Both the position numbers and the translations under genes were made by a program. Below the pieces are notes generated by a model. It was not told the DNA's origin. It ran no database searches and worked only from the letters and a program-made list of their open reading frames with translations. Shown in pieces: positions 39,159 through 48,749 of a DNA stretch of 64,000 nt (the stretch's first letter is position 1; each line of letters begins with the position of its first letter). This DNA is from Gaiellales bacterium (GTDB lineage Bacteria > Actinomycetota > Thermoleophilia > Gaiellales > JAICJC01). The DNA lies in assembly GCA_038230835.1 (NCBI GenBank), contig JBBRMM010000017.1, positions 1,185-65,184 of the forward strand, given 5' to 3'.

Positions 39159-40048
39159 TCGCTCGCCGGGAGCGCGATCTCGCCCAGCATCTGCACCTCG
39201 TGCTCGAGCTCCACCCCGTGCTGATCGAGCACCCGCCGGCGCGCTTCGACCATAAGGTCGAGCACATCGGACGAGCGGGCACCACCCGTATTCTCGATGA
39301 AGTTCGCATGCACGGAGGAGATGCGCGCTCCGCCGACGGCGAACCCCTTGAGGCCGCACTGCTCGAGCAGCCTTCCGGCGGTCACCCCATCGCCTGGGTT
39401 CTTCCAGACGCTGCCGAAGGTGCGCACCTTGGCCGGCTGGGCCTCCCGCCTGCGTTGCTGCATCTCGCGGATCGTCTCGCGGATCACGGCCGGGTCGGCC
39501 GGCCGCAGTCCCAGCACGACCTCGGCCACAACCTCGCCGGGGGCGACGTTGGAGTGCCGGTAGCGCATGCCCAGCTCGTCCGCACCTCCCCGCCGAGCTC
39601 CGCCGGCCGCGACGACCGTCGCCTCGGTGAGGATGTCGCACAGCTCCGAGCCGTAGGCGCCGGCGTTCATGCGCACCGCTCCGCCCACCGTGCCCGGGAT
39701 CGCGCAGCCGAACTCGACCCCGGAAAGGCCCCATGCCTGGCAGCGCTTGACCACCACCGCCAGCGGCGCCCCGCCGCCGCACCTCGCGGAGTCGCCGGAT
39801 CGATGCACGCCGGCCATGTCTCCGGCGAGCTTCAGCACGAGGCCGTCGAACCCGTCGTCGGACACCAGCAGGTTCGATCCCAGCCCCACCACCGCCACCG
39901 GCAGTCCCGCGTCGCTGGCCCAACGCAGCACCTGCTCGAGTTGTTCGCGACGCTCGGGCCGCGCGAACCAGCGAGCCGGCCCGCCCGTGCCGACCGTGGT
40001 CAGGCGCGACATCGGGAACTCGGCGGTGACTCCGGCGGGCGGGCTCAT
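39143..40048 (-). CDS. murB: UDP-N-acetylmuramate dehydrogenase
   Basis: GGPA, G.GSNLLVSD, IPGTVGGAVRMNAGAYG, YRHS, FGSVWKNP and HANF motifs. Confidence 0.95.
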   Translation of the reverse strand: MSPPAGVTAEFPMSRLTTVGTGGPARWFARPERREQLEQVLRWASDAGLPVAVVGLGSNLLVSDDGFDGLVLKLAGDMAGVHRSGDSARCGGGAPLAVVVKRCQAWGLSGVEFGCAIPGTVGGAVRMNAGAYGSELCDILTEATVVAAGGARRGGADELGMRYRHSNVAPGEVVAEVVLGLRPADPAVIRETIREMQQRRREAQPAKVRTFGSVWKNPGDGVTAGRLLEQCGLKGFAVGGARISSVHANFIENTGGARSSDVLDLMVEARRRVLDQHGVELEHEVQMLGEIALPASDQSPS

Positions 40049-41394
40049 GCCAGCAGGAGGTCGCCCACCCTGCGCACGTCCCCCGCCCCGACCGTGAGCA
40101 CGAGGTCGCCCGCGCGCACGTGCGCGCGGAGGTAGTCGGCGGCCTGTTCCAGTGTCGGCTCGTAGGCCAGTCGCATGCCCGGACGGTACTCGCTGGCCGC
40201 GTCGACGATGAGCTTCGAGGTCACGCCCTCCACGGGCGCCTCGCGCGCCGGATAGATCTCGGTCACCACAGCCTCGTCGGCCGCGGTCAGGGCGGCGCCG
40301 AAGCCCGCGGCCAGGGCGGCGGTGCGCGAGTACAGATGCGGCTGGAAGCACACCACCACACGCCGCGCGCCCTGCACTCGAGCGGCGGCGATGGCGGCCC
40401 GCAGCTCGGTCGGATGATGGGCGTAGTCGTCCACCACCTGCACGCCGCCGCGGTCGCCCCTGAGCTCGAAGCGGCGCCCGGCACCGGCGAACTCGCCCAG
40501 CGCGGCGGCGGCGTCGGCCGCGTGCACCCCGACCGCCTCCAGCGCCGCGACGGCCGCGGCGGCGTTGGCCGCATTGTGGGCACCGGGAACCAGCAGCGTC
40601 ACATGCACCGGCGTGCCGTCGGGTGTGGTCAGCCAGAACCCGCTGCCCGAGGCCGCCAGCTCGAGCCCAGTGATCAGGTAGTCAGCCCGCTCGTCGAACC
40701 CGAACCGGCGCTGCGGCGCCGGCCCCGCCGGGAGCTCGACGCCGTCGCCGACCAGCACCGCACCGCCGGCCGGCACGTGGCTCACCCATTCGGCGAACAG
40801 CTCGCGCAGCTCCCGGGTGGAGCCGAAGCGCGCGTGATGGTCGAGCTCGATGTTGGTCACCACCGCCACCCGCGGGCGCAGCAGCGCGCAGCTTCCGTCC
40901 GACTCGTCCGCCTCGGCCACCAGCAGCTCGCCTCCGCCCGGCCCCGCGTTGCCACCCAGCTGAGGCACATCCCCCCCGACCAGGAAGGTCGGATCGAGTC
41001 CCAGCCGCTGCGCCGCGTGCGCGACCATCGCGGTGGTGGTGGTCTTGCCGTGAGCGCCGGCGACGCACACCGAGCGCCGGGCGGCGACCATCTCGGCCAG
41101 CAACTCGGCACGGTGGAGCACCGGCAGGCCCATCTCGCGCGCCCCGGCCAGCTCGTCGCAGTCCGCCGGCACCGCCGAGGAGACCACCACCTGCATGCCC
41201 GCGCGCAGATGCGACCGGTCGTGGCCGTCGGCCACCTCGATACCGAACCGGCCCAGCCGCTCGCCGTACGCCGAGCGGGCCGGATCGCAGCCGCTCACGT
41301 CCGCGCCCCAGGCGTAGGCCACCGTGGCCAGACCGGACATGCCGGCGCCACCGATGCCGAGCATGTGCAGTCGCCGGCCGGTGAACCCGCTCAC
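40045..41394 (-). CDS. murC: UDP-N-acetylmuramate--L-alanine ligase
   Basis: GIGGAGMSG, GAHGKTTT, EADESD, DDYAHHPTE and FQPH.YSRT motifs. Confidence 0.97.
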   Translation of the reverse strand: MSGFTGRRLHMLGIGGAGMSGLATVAYAWGADVSGCDPARSAYGERLGRFGIEVADGHDRSHLRAGMQVVVSSAVPADCDELAGAREMGLPVLHRAELLAEMVAARRSVCVAGAHGKTTTTAMVAHAAQRLGLDPTFLVGGDVPQLGGNAGPGGGELLVAEADESDGSCALLRPRVAVVTNIELDHHARFGSTRELRELFAEWVSHVPAGGAVLVGDGVELPAGPAPQRRFGFDERADYLITGLELAASGSGFWLTTPDGTPVHVTLLVPGAHNAANAAAAVAALEAVGVHAADAAAALGEFAGAGRRFELRGDRGGVQVVDDYAHHPTELRAAIAAARVQGARRVVVCFQPHLYSRTAALAAGFGAALTAADEAVVTEIYPAREAPVEGVTSKLIVDAASEYRPGMRLAYEPTLEQAADYLRAHVRAGDLVLTVGAGDVRRVGDLLLA

Positions 41395-42506
41395 GGCACC
41401 ATCTCCAGTATCTGGGTGGCGATCACCGCGGCCGCGTCGGGCCTGGCCAGTCGGCGGGCTGCGGCCCCCATCCCCTCCAGGCGTGACGGCTGGGCGAGCA
41501 GCGACGCCACCTCGTCCCTCAGCCGGCCGGCGGACAGCTCGCGATCGGGGAGCAGGATCGCAGCCCCTCCGTCGGCCAGGTAGGCGGCGTTCGGCGTCTG
41601 GTGGTCGGAGGTCACGTTCGGGGACGGGACGAGGATGGACGGGCGCCCGGCGGCTGCGATCTCGAACACCGAACCACCCGCCCGCGAGACCACCAGATCG
41701 GCGGCGGCCAGCAGCGATCCGAAGGCGGTGGTGAACTCGAGCACCCGGTAGTGCGGCGCCGCGCGGCGGGCCAGCGATTCGAAGTCACGGCTGCCGGTGA
41801 CGTGCACCACGGTGAAGCCGGGGTCGACCGCCGCCCAGGCGTCGGCGGCGGCCATGTTGATCGAGCGGGCGCCCAGGCTGCCGCCCACAACCAACACGAC
41901 GGTCGCGTCGGCAGCCAGCCCGAACTCCGAACGGCCGCTCTCGCACCGCGCGTCGAGCACCTCGCGAGGCACCGGCCGGCCGGTGACCAGGTTGTGGGGC
42001 GGCCCCAGACCGACGATCGGAAAGGACAGGAACACCCGCCGCACGAGCGGGGACGCCAGCCGGTTGGCAAGGCCCATGTGGGCGTCCACCTCGAGCAGCG
42101 CGGCGGGGATACGCATGGTCGCCGCCGCGGCCAGCATCGGCCCGGACACGTAGCCGCCGGCGCCGAACACCGCCGCCGGGCGCACCCGGCGGAGGATGCG
42201 CAGGCATGCGGCGGGCGCCAACCCGGCGAGGCCGACAGCGCGCACCAGAGCGAGCGACGGGCGGCGCTCGAAGCCCTTCACGCGGTAGGTGTGAAAGGGG
42301 TAGCCGGCGGCCGGCACCATGCGCGCCTCCATCCGCTCCGGCGTACCCGCGAACACCACCTCAGCGCCTCTAGCCGTGAGCTCGGCGGCCACCGCCAGCG
42401 CCGGCACCACGTGCCCCGCCGTTCCCCCGGCTGCGATCAGCACCCGCGGCCGCACGCGTCCGGGGACGGGGCTTTGGGGCTGGCTTGGCTGGGGGTGCTG
42501 CGTCAT
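41391..42506 (-). CDS. murG: lipid II GlcNAc transferase
   Basis: GGTAGHV.PA, GGYVSGP, GGSLGA, SRAG and HQ..NA motifs; start approximate. Confidence 0.95.
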   Translation of the reverse strand: MTQHPQPSQPQSPVPGRVRPRVLIAAGGTAGHVVPALAVAAELTARGAEVVFAGTPERMEARMVPAAGYPFHTYRVKGFERRPSLALVRAVGLAGLAPAACLRILRRVRPAAVFGAGGYVSGPMLAAAATMRIPAALLEVDAHMGLANRLASPLVRRVFLSFPIVGLGPPHNLVTGRPVPREVLDARCESGRSEFGLAADATVVLVVGGSLGARSINMAAADAWAAVDPGFTVVHVTGSRDFESLARRAAPHYRVLEFTTAFGSLLAAADLVVSRAGGSVFEIAAAGRPSILVPSPNVTSDHQTPNAAYLADGGAAILLPDRELSAGRLRDEVASLLAQPSRLEGMGAAARRLARPDAAAVIATQILEMVP

Positions 42507-43689
42507 CGGCTGTGTCGCGCGCCCGGCCGGCGCGTGCGGAGGCACCGGCCCGGTCGCCTTCGGCGATGCTGAGCATGATGCCCGCCATCGTCAGGAACAC
42601 GACCAGGCTGGATCCGCCCGAGCTTATCAGCGGCAGCGGGACACCGGTGAGGGGGAGAAACCCCAGCACCGCTCCCAGGTTGACGATCGCCTGTCCGGTG
42701 ACCAGGCACGTGATGCCGGTCGCCAGGTACTTCCCGAACGGCTCCTTGCAACGCATGGCGATGCGGAAACCGAGCACCGCGAACGCCGCGAACGCGACGG
42801 CGGTGAAGACGATCCCGATCAGGCCCAACTCCTCGCCGATCACCGCGGCGATCATGTCGGAGGGCGCTTCGGGCAGGTAGTTGAGCTTGACCGTGCCCTG
42901 CCCGAGGCCCTTGCCCCAGATGCCGCCCGATCCCAGCGCGTAGAGGCCCTGAACACTCTGGTAGCCCGCTCCGCCGGCTGCGTGCCAGGGGTCGAGGAAG
43001 GTGGTCAGGCGGGCTCTCATGTACCCGTTGGACGAGATCCCGACCACGGCCACGCTGACCATCCCCACAGCCGTCGCCGCCAGCAGCCGCAGCCGGGTGC
43101 CGGCCACCACCAGTACGCCGGCCACCATCAGCGTGATCGCGATGGTCGTACCCAGGTCCGGCTCGGCGAGCACCAGCACGCACACCGTGGTCGCCACCAC
43201 CCCCACCGGGCTGACCAGCTGGGCGAATGTCTGCGGCGCCCGCCGGCGAGCGGCCAGCACCTGGCAGGCGAAGAGCAGCATGGCCAGCTTGGCAATCTCG
43301 GACGGCTGGATCGTCAGCCCTCCCACGCCGACCCAGCGCCGGGCGCCGTTCAGGCGCAGACCGATGCCCGGGATCAGCACCACGACCAGCAGCACAAGGC
43401 TGAGCAGCATCACCAGCGGCACCAGAGGGCGCCAGCGGCGATACGGGATGCGGGCGGCAAACGCCATCATCGCAATCCCGATCACGGCGTACTCGCCCTG
43501 CTTCTCGAGCAGCGAGATCGGATCCTGGCCGTTGACCACCGCCACACCGCTCGATGCGCTGTACACCATGATCAGGCCGAATGCGACCAGGCCCAGGGTG
43601 AGGAGGAGCAGTAGGTGGTACTCGACGGCGAGCGCCTGATGGCGTGCACGGGTGCGGCGGGCGCGGGTGTCCACCACGTCAGCCGCCAC
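42370..43689 (-). CDS. ftsW: peptidoglycan glycosyltransferase FtsW
   Basis: MVYSAS, NGARRW, QPSE.AK, EPDLGT, GEELG and G.PLPLIS.GGSS motifs. Confidence 0.95.
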   Translation of the reverse strand: MAADVVDTRARRTRARHQALAVEYHLLLLLTLGLVAFGLIMVYSASSGVAVVNGQDPISLLEKQGEYAVIGIAMMAFAARIPYRRWRPLVPLVMLLSLVLLVVVLIPGIGLRLNGARRWVGVGGLTIQPSEIAKLAMLLFACQVLAARRRAPQTFAQLVSPVGVVATTVCVLVLAEPDLGTTIAITLMVAGVLVVAGTRLRLLAATAVGMVSVAVVGISSNGYMRARLTTFLDPWHAAGGAGYQSVQGLYALGSGGIWGKGLGQGTVKLNYLPEAPSDMIAAVIGEELGLIGIVFTAVAFAAFAVLGFRIAMRCKEPFGKYLATGITCLVTGQAIVNLGAVLGFLPLTGVPLPLISSGGSSLVVFLTMAGIMLSIAEGDRAGASARAGRARDTADDAAPPAKPAPKPRPRTRAAAGADRSRGNGGARGAGAGGGRRAHG

Positions 43690-44959
43690 CGGCCACCCCC
43701 GCCACGATCTCGCAGAAGCGCTCACCGCGCTGCTCGAAGTCGCGAAACTGGTCGAAGCTGGCGCAGGCGGGGGACAGCAGCACCGTGTCGCCGGGCACGG
43801 CGTCCGACGCGGCGGCGGCCACCGCCGCGTCGAGCGTGCCGCAGGTCGTGAAGTCGGCGCCGGCCCGCTCCAGCGCGGCCGCAATCGTGCCAGCCGCCTG
43901 GCCGATCAGATAGCAGCGGGCGACCGGGCCGGCGGCGACGGAGCCTGCCAGGGCGGCGAATGAGCCGCCCTTGAGCGAGCCGCCGAGGATCAGCCGCACG
44001 CCGCCGTCGAAGGCGGTCAGCGCCTTGACCACCGCATCGGGGTTGGTGGCCTTGGAATCGTTCACGTAGGCCACGCCCGCGACGTCGGCGACGAACTGCA
44101 TGCGGTGGGCGGGCGCGTGGAACTCGCGCAGCGCCCGATCGACGGCCGCCGGGTCGACCCCGGCTGCGTGGGCGGCCGCGGCGGCGGCCAGCGCGTTCTC
44201 CAGGTTGTGGTCGCCGCGCAGGTGCGCGTGGTCCCAGTCGATCGAGCCGCGGTCGGCCTTGGACACCCACACACGATCCCCCGATCCAGGCAGTCCCGCG
44301 GCCCTGACCACCGGGTCGTCGGCGTTCAGCACGGCGGTGTCGCCCGCGGCCTGGTTCTCGAGGATGCGCAACTTGCAGCGCGCGTACTCCTCGAAGGTGC
44401 CGTGACGGTCGAGGTGATCCGGCGTGATGTTCAACACCACCCCCACCCGGCAGCGCAGGCGGTCGATGTCCTCGAGCTGGAAGCTCGACAGCTCACACGC
44501 CACCCAGGCGGCGGGCGAGATCAGGCCCGGGAGCTCGCTGAGCGCCCGACCGACGTTTCCGGCCACCTCCACGTCGAGCCCGCCCGAACGCAGCATGGCG
44601 GCCACCAGCGCGGTGGTGGTGGTCTTGCCGTTGGTGCCGGTGACACCGATGATCGGGTTCGCCAGCATCCGTCCGGCCAGCTCGACCTCGCTCCAGACCG
44701 GCACCCCGGCATCGCGCGCAGCCAGCACCGGCGGCGCGTCGGCAGGCACTCCTGGACTCTTGATCAACGCTGTCACCCCGGCAGTCGGCACGGCACCCCA
44801 GGGCACGTATTCGGCGCCCGTGACCAGAAGCCTGCCCAGATCGACATCGGAGTCGCGATCGGTCGCGGTGACGCTCGCGCCGGGCCACATCCGGGCGATC
44901 GCCTCGCAGGCCGCGAGCCCCGAACGGCGCAGACCGACCACGATGAAGCGGCCGGTCAC
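43679..44959 (-). CDS. murD: UDP-N-acetylmuramoyl-L-alanine--D-glutamate ligase
   Basis: KSPGVP, TGTNGKTTT, ELSSFQLE, DHLDRH, NDSKATN and LLSPACASFDQF motifs. Confidence 0.97.
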   Translation of the reverse strand: MTGRFIVVGLRRSGLAACEAIARMWPGASVTATDRDSDVDLGRLLVTGAEYVPWGAVPTAGVTALIKSPGVPADAPPVLAARDAGVPVWSEVELAGRMLANPIIGVTGTNGKTTTTALVAAMLRSGGLDVEVAGNVGRALSELPGLISPAAWVACELSSFQLEDIDRLRCRVGVVLNITPDHLDRHGTFEEYARCKLRILENQAAGDTAVLNADDPVVRAAGLPGSGDRVWVSKADRGSIDWDHAHLRGDHNLENALAAAAAAHAAGVDPAAVDRALREFHAPAHRMQFVADVAGVAYVNDSKATNPDAVVKALTAFDGGVRLILGGSLKGGSFAALAGSVAAGPVARCYLIGQAAGTIAAALERAGADFTTCGTLDAAVAAAASDAVPGDTVLLSPACASFDQFRDFEQRGERFCEIVAGVAGGG

Positions 44960-45981
44960 CGGTACTGGCTGAAGAACAGGTAGTAGAGGACGAAGCCGCT
45001 GGCGCCGAACATCGCGGCCGCGATCCAGAAGCGGACGATGATCTTGTTCTCCGTCCACTCCATCATCTCGAAGTGGTGGTGGATCGGCGCCATCAGGAAC
45101 ACGCGCTTGCCGGTGGTGCGGAACGAGATCACCTGGATCAGCACCGACAGCGCCTCGATCACGAAGATGCCGCCGATCACCACCAGCAGGAACTCGGTCT
45201 TGGTGAAGACCGCCATCGCCGCCAGCGCCCCGCCCAGCCCGAGCGACCCGGTGTCGCCCATGAACACGTCGGCCGGATAGGCGTTGTACCAGAGGAAGCC
45301 GATGGCGCCGCCGACCAGCGCGGCGGCGATGATCGCCAGGTCGAGGCTGCGCGGGTCCCCGGGGCCATAGAGACCCGGAAACTGGGCGGTCTGGTGGACG
45401 AGGTAGGCGACCACCATCATGGCCGAGTAGCTGAGGAGGGCGATGGTGGTGGTGCCGGCGGCCAGCCCGTCCAGCCCGTCGGTCAGGTTGACCGCGTTGG
45501 CGGCTCCGGCGACGACGAAGAACAGGAACAGGTAGTACACCGGGCCGAGCTTCAGGTGCTGGTTGATCAGGGGCACGAAGACGTCGGTGTTGAGATGCTG
45601 CGAGTGCGCAACCGCGCCTAGCCCGGCCACCACCAGCGCCAGCAGCACCAGCTTGACCCTGCCCGACAGGCCGAGCGACCGCTTGCGCGACAGCTTCAGC
45701 CAGTCGTCGAGAAAACCGATGAACCCGCAGGCCACGGTGACGCCGGCCACGGTGAGCGCAGGTGCGGTGCGGCGGGTGAAGAGCGCGAAGGCGACCAGCG
45801 CGCAACCCAGCAGCACCAGGCCGCCCATGGTCGGCGTGCCCTGCTTGCTGTGGTGCCCGGCCGGCCCTTCCTCGCGGATCTGCTGGCCGAACTCGTTGCG
45901 GCGCAGGAAGGCGATGAACGCCGGCCCGGCGACGATCCCCAGCAGCATCGCAACCACCGCGGCGCCGAGCACGAGCTTCAC
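44956..45981 (-). CDS. mraY: phospho-N-acetylmuramoyl-pentapeptide transferase
   Basis: KQGTPTMGG, GFLDD, NAVNLTDGLDGLA, FMGDTGS and MAPIHHHFE motifs. Confidence 0.97.
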   Translation of the reverse strand: MKLVLGAAVVAMLLGIVAGPAFIAFLRRNEFGQQIREEGPAGHHSKQGTPTMGGLVLLGCALVAFALFTRRTAPALTVAGVTVACGFIGFLDDWLKLSRKRSLGLSGRVKLVLLALVVAGLGAVAHSQHLNTDVFVPLINQHLKLGPVYYLFLFFVVAGAANAVNLTDGLDGLAAGTTTIALLSYSAMMVVAYLVHQTAQFPGLYGPGDPRSLDLAIIAAALVGGAIGFLWYNAYPADVFMGDTGSLGLGGALAAMAVFTKTEFLLVVIGGIFVIEALSVLIQVISFRTTGKRVFLMAPIHHHFEMMEWTENKIIVRFWIAAAMFGASGFVLYYLFFSQYR

Positions 45982-47309
45982 GGTGCGACCGCCTCCACCA
46001 CGGCCTCCAGGCCGACCGAACGGCTGGCCTTGACCAGCACGGCATCCCCGGGCTGCAGCAGACCGTCCAGATCGCCCAGCAGCGTGGCCACGTCCGGGTA
46101 GGCGATACCTCCGTAGTCGCGCGCCAGATCCCCGACGGACACGACCCGGTCGATGCCGAGCTCGCGGGCCAGTTCGCCGACCTGCCGGTGGTAGGCCGGC
46201 CCGCCCGGGCCCAACTCGGCCATGTCGCCCAGGACGGCCACAGAGCGCCGGGAACCGGCGACCGCCGCCAGGTGGCGCAGCGCGGCCGCCATCGAGGTCG
46301 GGTTGGCGTTGTAGCAGTCGGCGATCAGCAACCCGCCGCGCTCCAGCTCGATCAACTCGCCGCGCCAGCGCGAGAAGGTGACCTCGGCTGCGCCCGCGGC
46401 CACCTCCTCGAGGGGCAGCCCGAGCCCTTCGCAGGCGGCCAGCGCTGCCGCCAGGTTGAGCGCGTTGTGGTGCTGGGTGAACGTCACGGGCACCTGCAGG
46501 GTTCGACCGTGAACCTCGAAGTCCGCCCGCCCGCCCGTGAACGCCACAAGGCACACATCGGCGCCGGCGGTCTCGCCGAAGGTGATCACGCGGGCCCGGG
46601 TCTGCTCGACGTAGGGTGCGAGCAGCGGCTCCGCGTGCGGAACGACGGCCGTGCCGCGCGATGTCAGCGAATCAAGGATCTCGGCCTTGGCGGCGGCAAC
46701 CGCCTCCACAGTACCCAGCAGTTCGAGGTGGACCGGGCCGACGCCGGTGATCACCGCGACGTCAGGCCGGCACAGCTCGGCCAGGTAGCCGATCTGGCCC
46801 GGTCCGCGCATCCCCAGCTCACAGACCACCGCCCGCGTCTCGGGCTCGACCCGGTCGAAGGTCAGCGGTAGGCCGATCTCGGTGTTCTGATTGGCCAGGC
46901 TGGCGACCGTGGGCGCAACCCGGGAGAGCAGCGCCGCCAGCAGATCCTTGGTCGATGTCTTGCCGGTCGACCCGGTCACCGCCACCACCATCGCGCCCGA
47001 TCTCCGGCGCACCTCGGCCGCCACCTCGCCCAGCGCGATCAGCGGATCTGCAACGCCAATTGCAAAGCCTTCCGTGACGGTGCCTGGCACCGTCACGGAA
47101 CTGTCACGGGCGATCAGGGCCAGGGCGGCGCCGGCGGCCCTGGCTTCGGCCAGGAAGCGGGTGCCGTCGGTGCGCTCACCGTGCAGCGCGACGAACAGGT
47201 CGCCCGGCTCGACCAGCCGCGAGTCGACCACGAGGCCGGTGACGGTCGCCTCGATCGCCGTCTCCTCGGCACAGGCGGCGGCCACCTCGGCGGCCCGCAG
47301 CGGGATCAT
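45978..47309 (-). CDS. murF: UDP-N-acetylmuramoyl-tripeptide--D-Ala-D-Ala ligase
   Basis: DSR, TGSTGKTSTK, ELGM, DCYNANP.SM, LGDM.ELG and VKASR motifs. Confidence 0.95.
   Translation of the reverse strand: MIPLRAAEVAAACAEETAIEATVTGLVVDSRLVEPGDLFVALHGERTDGTRFLAEARAAGAALALIARDSSVTVPGTVTEGFAIGVADPLIALGEVAAEVRRRSGAMVVAVTGSTGKTSTKDLLAALLSRVAPTVASLANQNTEIGLPLTFDRVEPETRAVVCELGMRGPGQIGYLAELCRPDVAVITGVGPVHLELLGTVEAVAAAKAEILDSLTSRGTAVVPHAEPLLAPYVEQTRARVITFGETAGADVCLVAFTGGRADFEVHGRTLQVPVTFTQHHNALNLAAALAACEGLGLPLEEVAAGAAEVTFSRWRGELIELERGGLLIADCYNANPTSMAAALRHLAAVAGSRRSVAVLGDMAELGPGGPAYHRQVGELARELGIDRVVSVGDLARDYGGIAYPDVATLLGDLDGLLQPGDAVLVKASRSVGLEAVVEAVAP
47070..47100. repeat. 31-bp perfect palindrome (GGTGCCWGGCACC core) inside murF
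   Basis: TTCCGTGACGGTGCC-T-GGCACCGTCACGGAA; encodes SVTVPGTVTE. Confidence 0.9.
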
Positions 47310-48736
47310 CGCAGCGCCTCCAGGGCTTCCCGGGCGACGCTGCGATCGTCGAACGGCAGGACGATGTCGCCGAACTGCTGGCCCTGCTCGTGACCCTTGC
47401 CGGCGATCACCACCACGTCTCCCGGCCGTGCCGTCCCGATTGCGCGGGCGATCGCCGTCCGCCGGTCGGGCTCTGTGTCCATCGCGATGCCGGCGGTGAT
47501 CTCGGCGATAATCGCCTCGGGATCCTCGCTGCGCGGATTGTCGGAGGTGACGATGGCGACGTCCGCCAGCCGGCGGGCGATGGCACCCATCAGCGGCCGC
47601 TTGCCGCGGTCGCGGTCGCCGCCGCAGCCGAACACGCAGATCAGCCGTCCGGTCGTGATCTCGCGCGCCGAGCGCAGCACATTCTCGAGCCCGTCGGGTG
47701 TGTGGGCGTAGTCCACAAGCACCGTGAACGGCGCATCGCCGTCTACCGCCTCGAAGCGCCCGGGCACGCCCGCCACCGCCGCGATCCCCGCCCGCACCGA
47801 GTCGTGCGGCAGCTCGAGGATCTCCGCCACCGCGACCGCCGCCAACACGTTTTCGACGTTGAACCCGCCGCGCAGCCGCACGTCCAGCGGGAGAATGCCT
47901 CGGGGCGTGCGGGCGATCAGTGAGATCACCCCGCCGGGGCCGATCTCAACCGCATGCGGGCGCACGTCGGCCTCGTCACCGCCACTGGCATAGCTCACCA
48001 CGGGGCCGCCTGCCTCACCGGCCAGGCGCGCACCGTAGGGGTCGCCGATGTTGATCGCCGCAGGCGCGTGTTCGAAGAGCCGCGCCTTGGCGGCGTAATA
48101 GTGCTCCATGTCATGGTGGAAGTCGAGATGGTCCTGGGTCAGGTTGGTGAACGCGGCGGCGGCGAATCGCACATCCGCAACCCGCTCCAGCTCGAGCGCG
48201 TGCGACGAGACCTCGATCGCACAGGAACGGTCGCCGGCGTCCACCATCCGCCGCAGCAGGTGCTGCAGGTCGACGCTCTCGGGGGTCGTCCGCTCGACCG
48301 GTTCGACGACGCCGCCGATCCGCGACTCGACCGTGCCCAGCAGCCCCGGCCGGCGGCCGGCGGCATCGAGCACGGCGTGCACCAGGTAGGCGGTGGTGGT
48401 CTTGCCGTTGGTGCCGGTCACGCCGACCACGTCAAGTGTGCGGCTGGGATGGGCGTAGAACTCCGCGGCGGCTGCAGCCATCGCGCGGCGGGCATTCGTG
48501 ACCACAAGCTGGGGGACGTCCAGCCCGAGCTCTCGCTCGACGATCAGCGCCACCGCCCCCGCGGCCACCGCCGACACTGCGAAATCGTGCCCGTCGGCGC
48601 GGAGGCCGGGCACGCAGACGTGCAGCGCTCCGGGGATCACGGCATCGGAGCGATAGGTGACGGCAGTCACCTCGGGGTCGCCGGCCCCCCGCACGCGCAG
48701 CGGCCGCACCGCCTCGATCAGCGTGCGAAGCTCCAT
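47306..48736 (-). CDS. murE: UDP-N-acetylmuramoyl-dipeptide--meso-DAP ligase
   Basis: TGTNGKTT, TTPE, EVSSH, FTNLTQDHLDFH, DYAHTPD, DNPR (DAP-type) and AGKGHE motifs. Confidence 0.97.
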   Translation of the reverse strand: MELRTLIEAVRPLRVRGAGDPEVTAVTYRSDAVIPGALHVCVPGLRADGHDFAVSAVAAGAVALIVERELGLDVPQLVVTNARRAMAAAAAEFYAHPSRTLDVVGVTGTNGKTTTAYLVHAVLDAAGRRPGLLGTVESRIGGVVEPVERTTPESVDLQHLLRRMVDAGDRSCAIEVSSHALELERVADVRFAAAAFTNLTQDHLDFHHDMEHYYAAKARLFEHAPAAINIGDPYGARLAGEAGGPVVSYASGGDEADVRPHAVEIGPGGVISLIARTPRGILPLDVRLRGGFNVENVLAAVAVAEILELPHDSVRAGIAAVAGVPGRFEAVDGDAPFTVLVDYAHTPDGLENVLRSAREITTGRLICVFGCGGDRDRGKRPLMGAIARRLADVAIVTSDNPRSEDPEAIIAEITAGIAMDTEPDRRTAIARAIGTARPGDVVVIAGKGHEQGQQFGDIVLPFDDRSVAREALEALR

Positions 48737-48749
48737 CCGCCGGTGAAGA

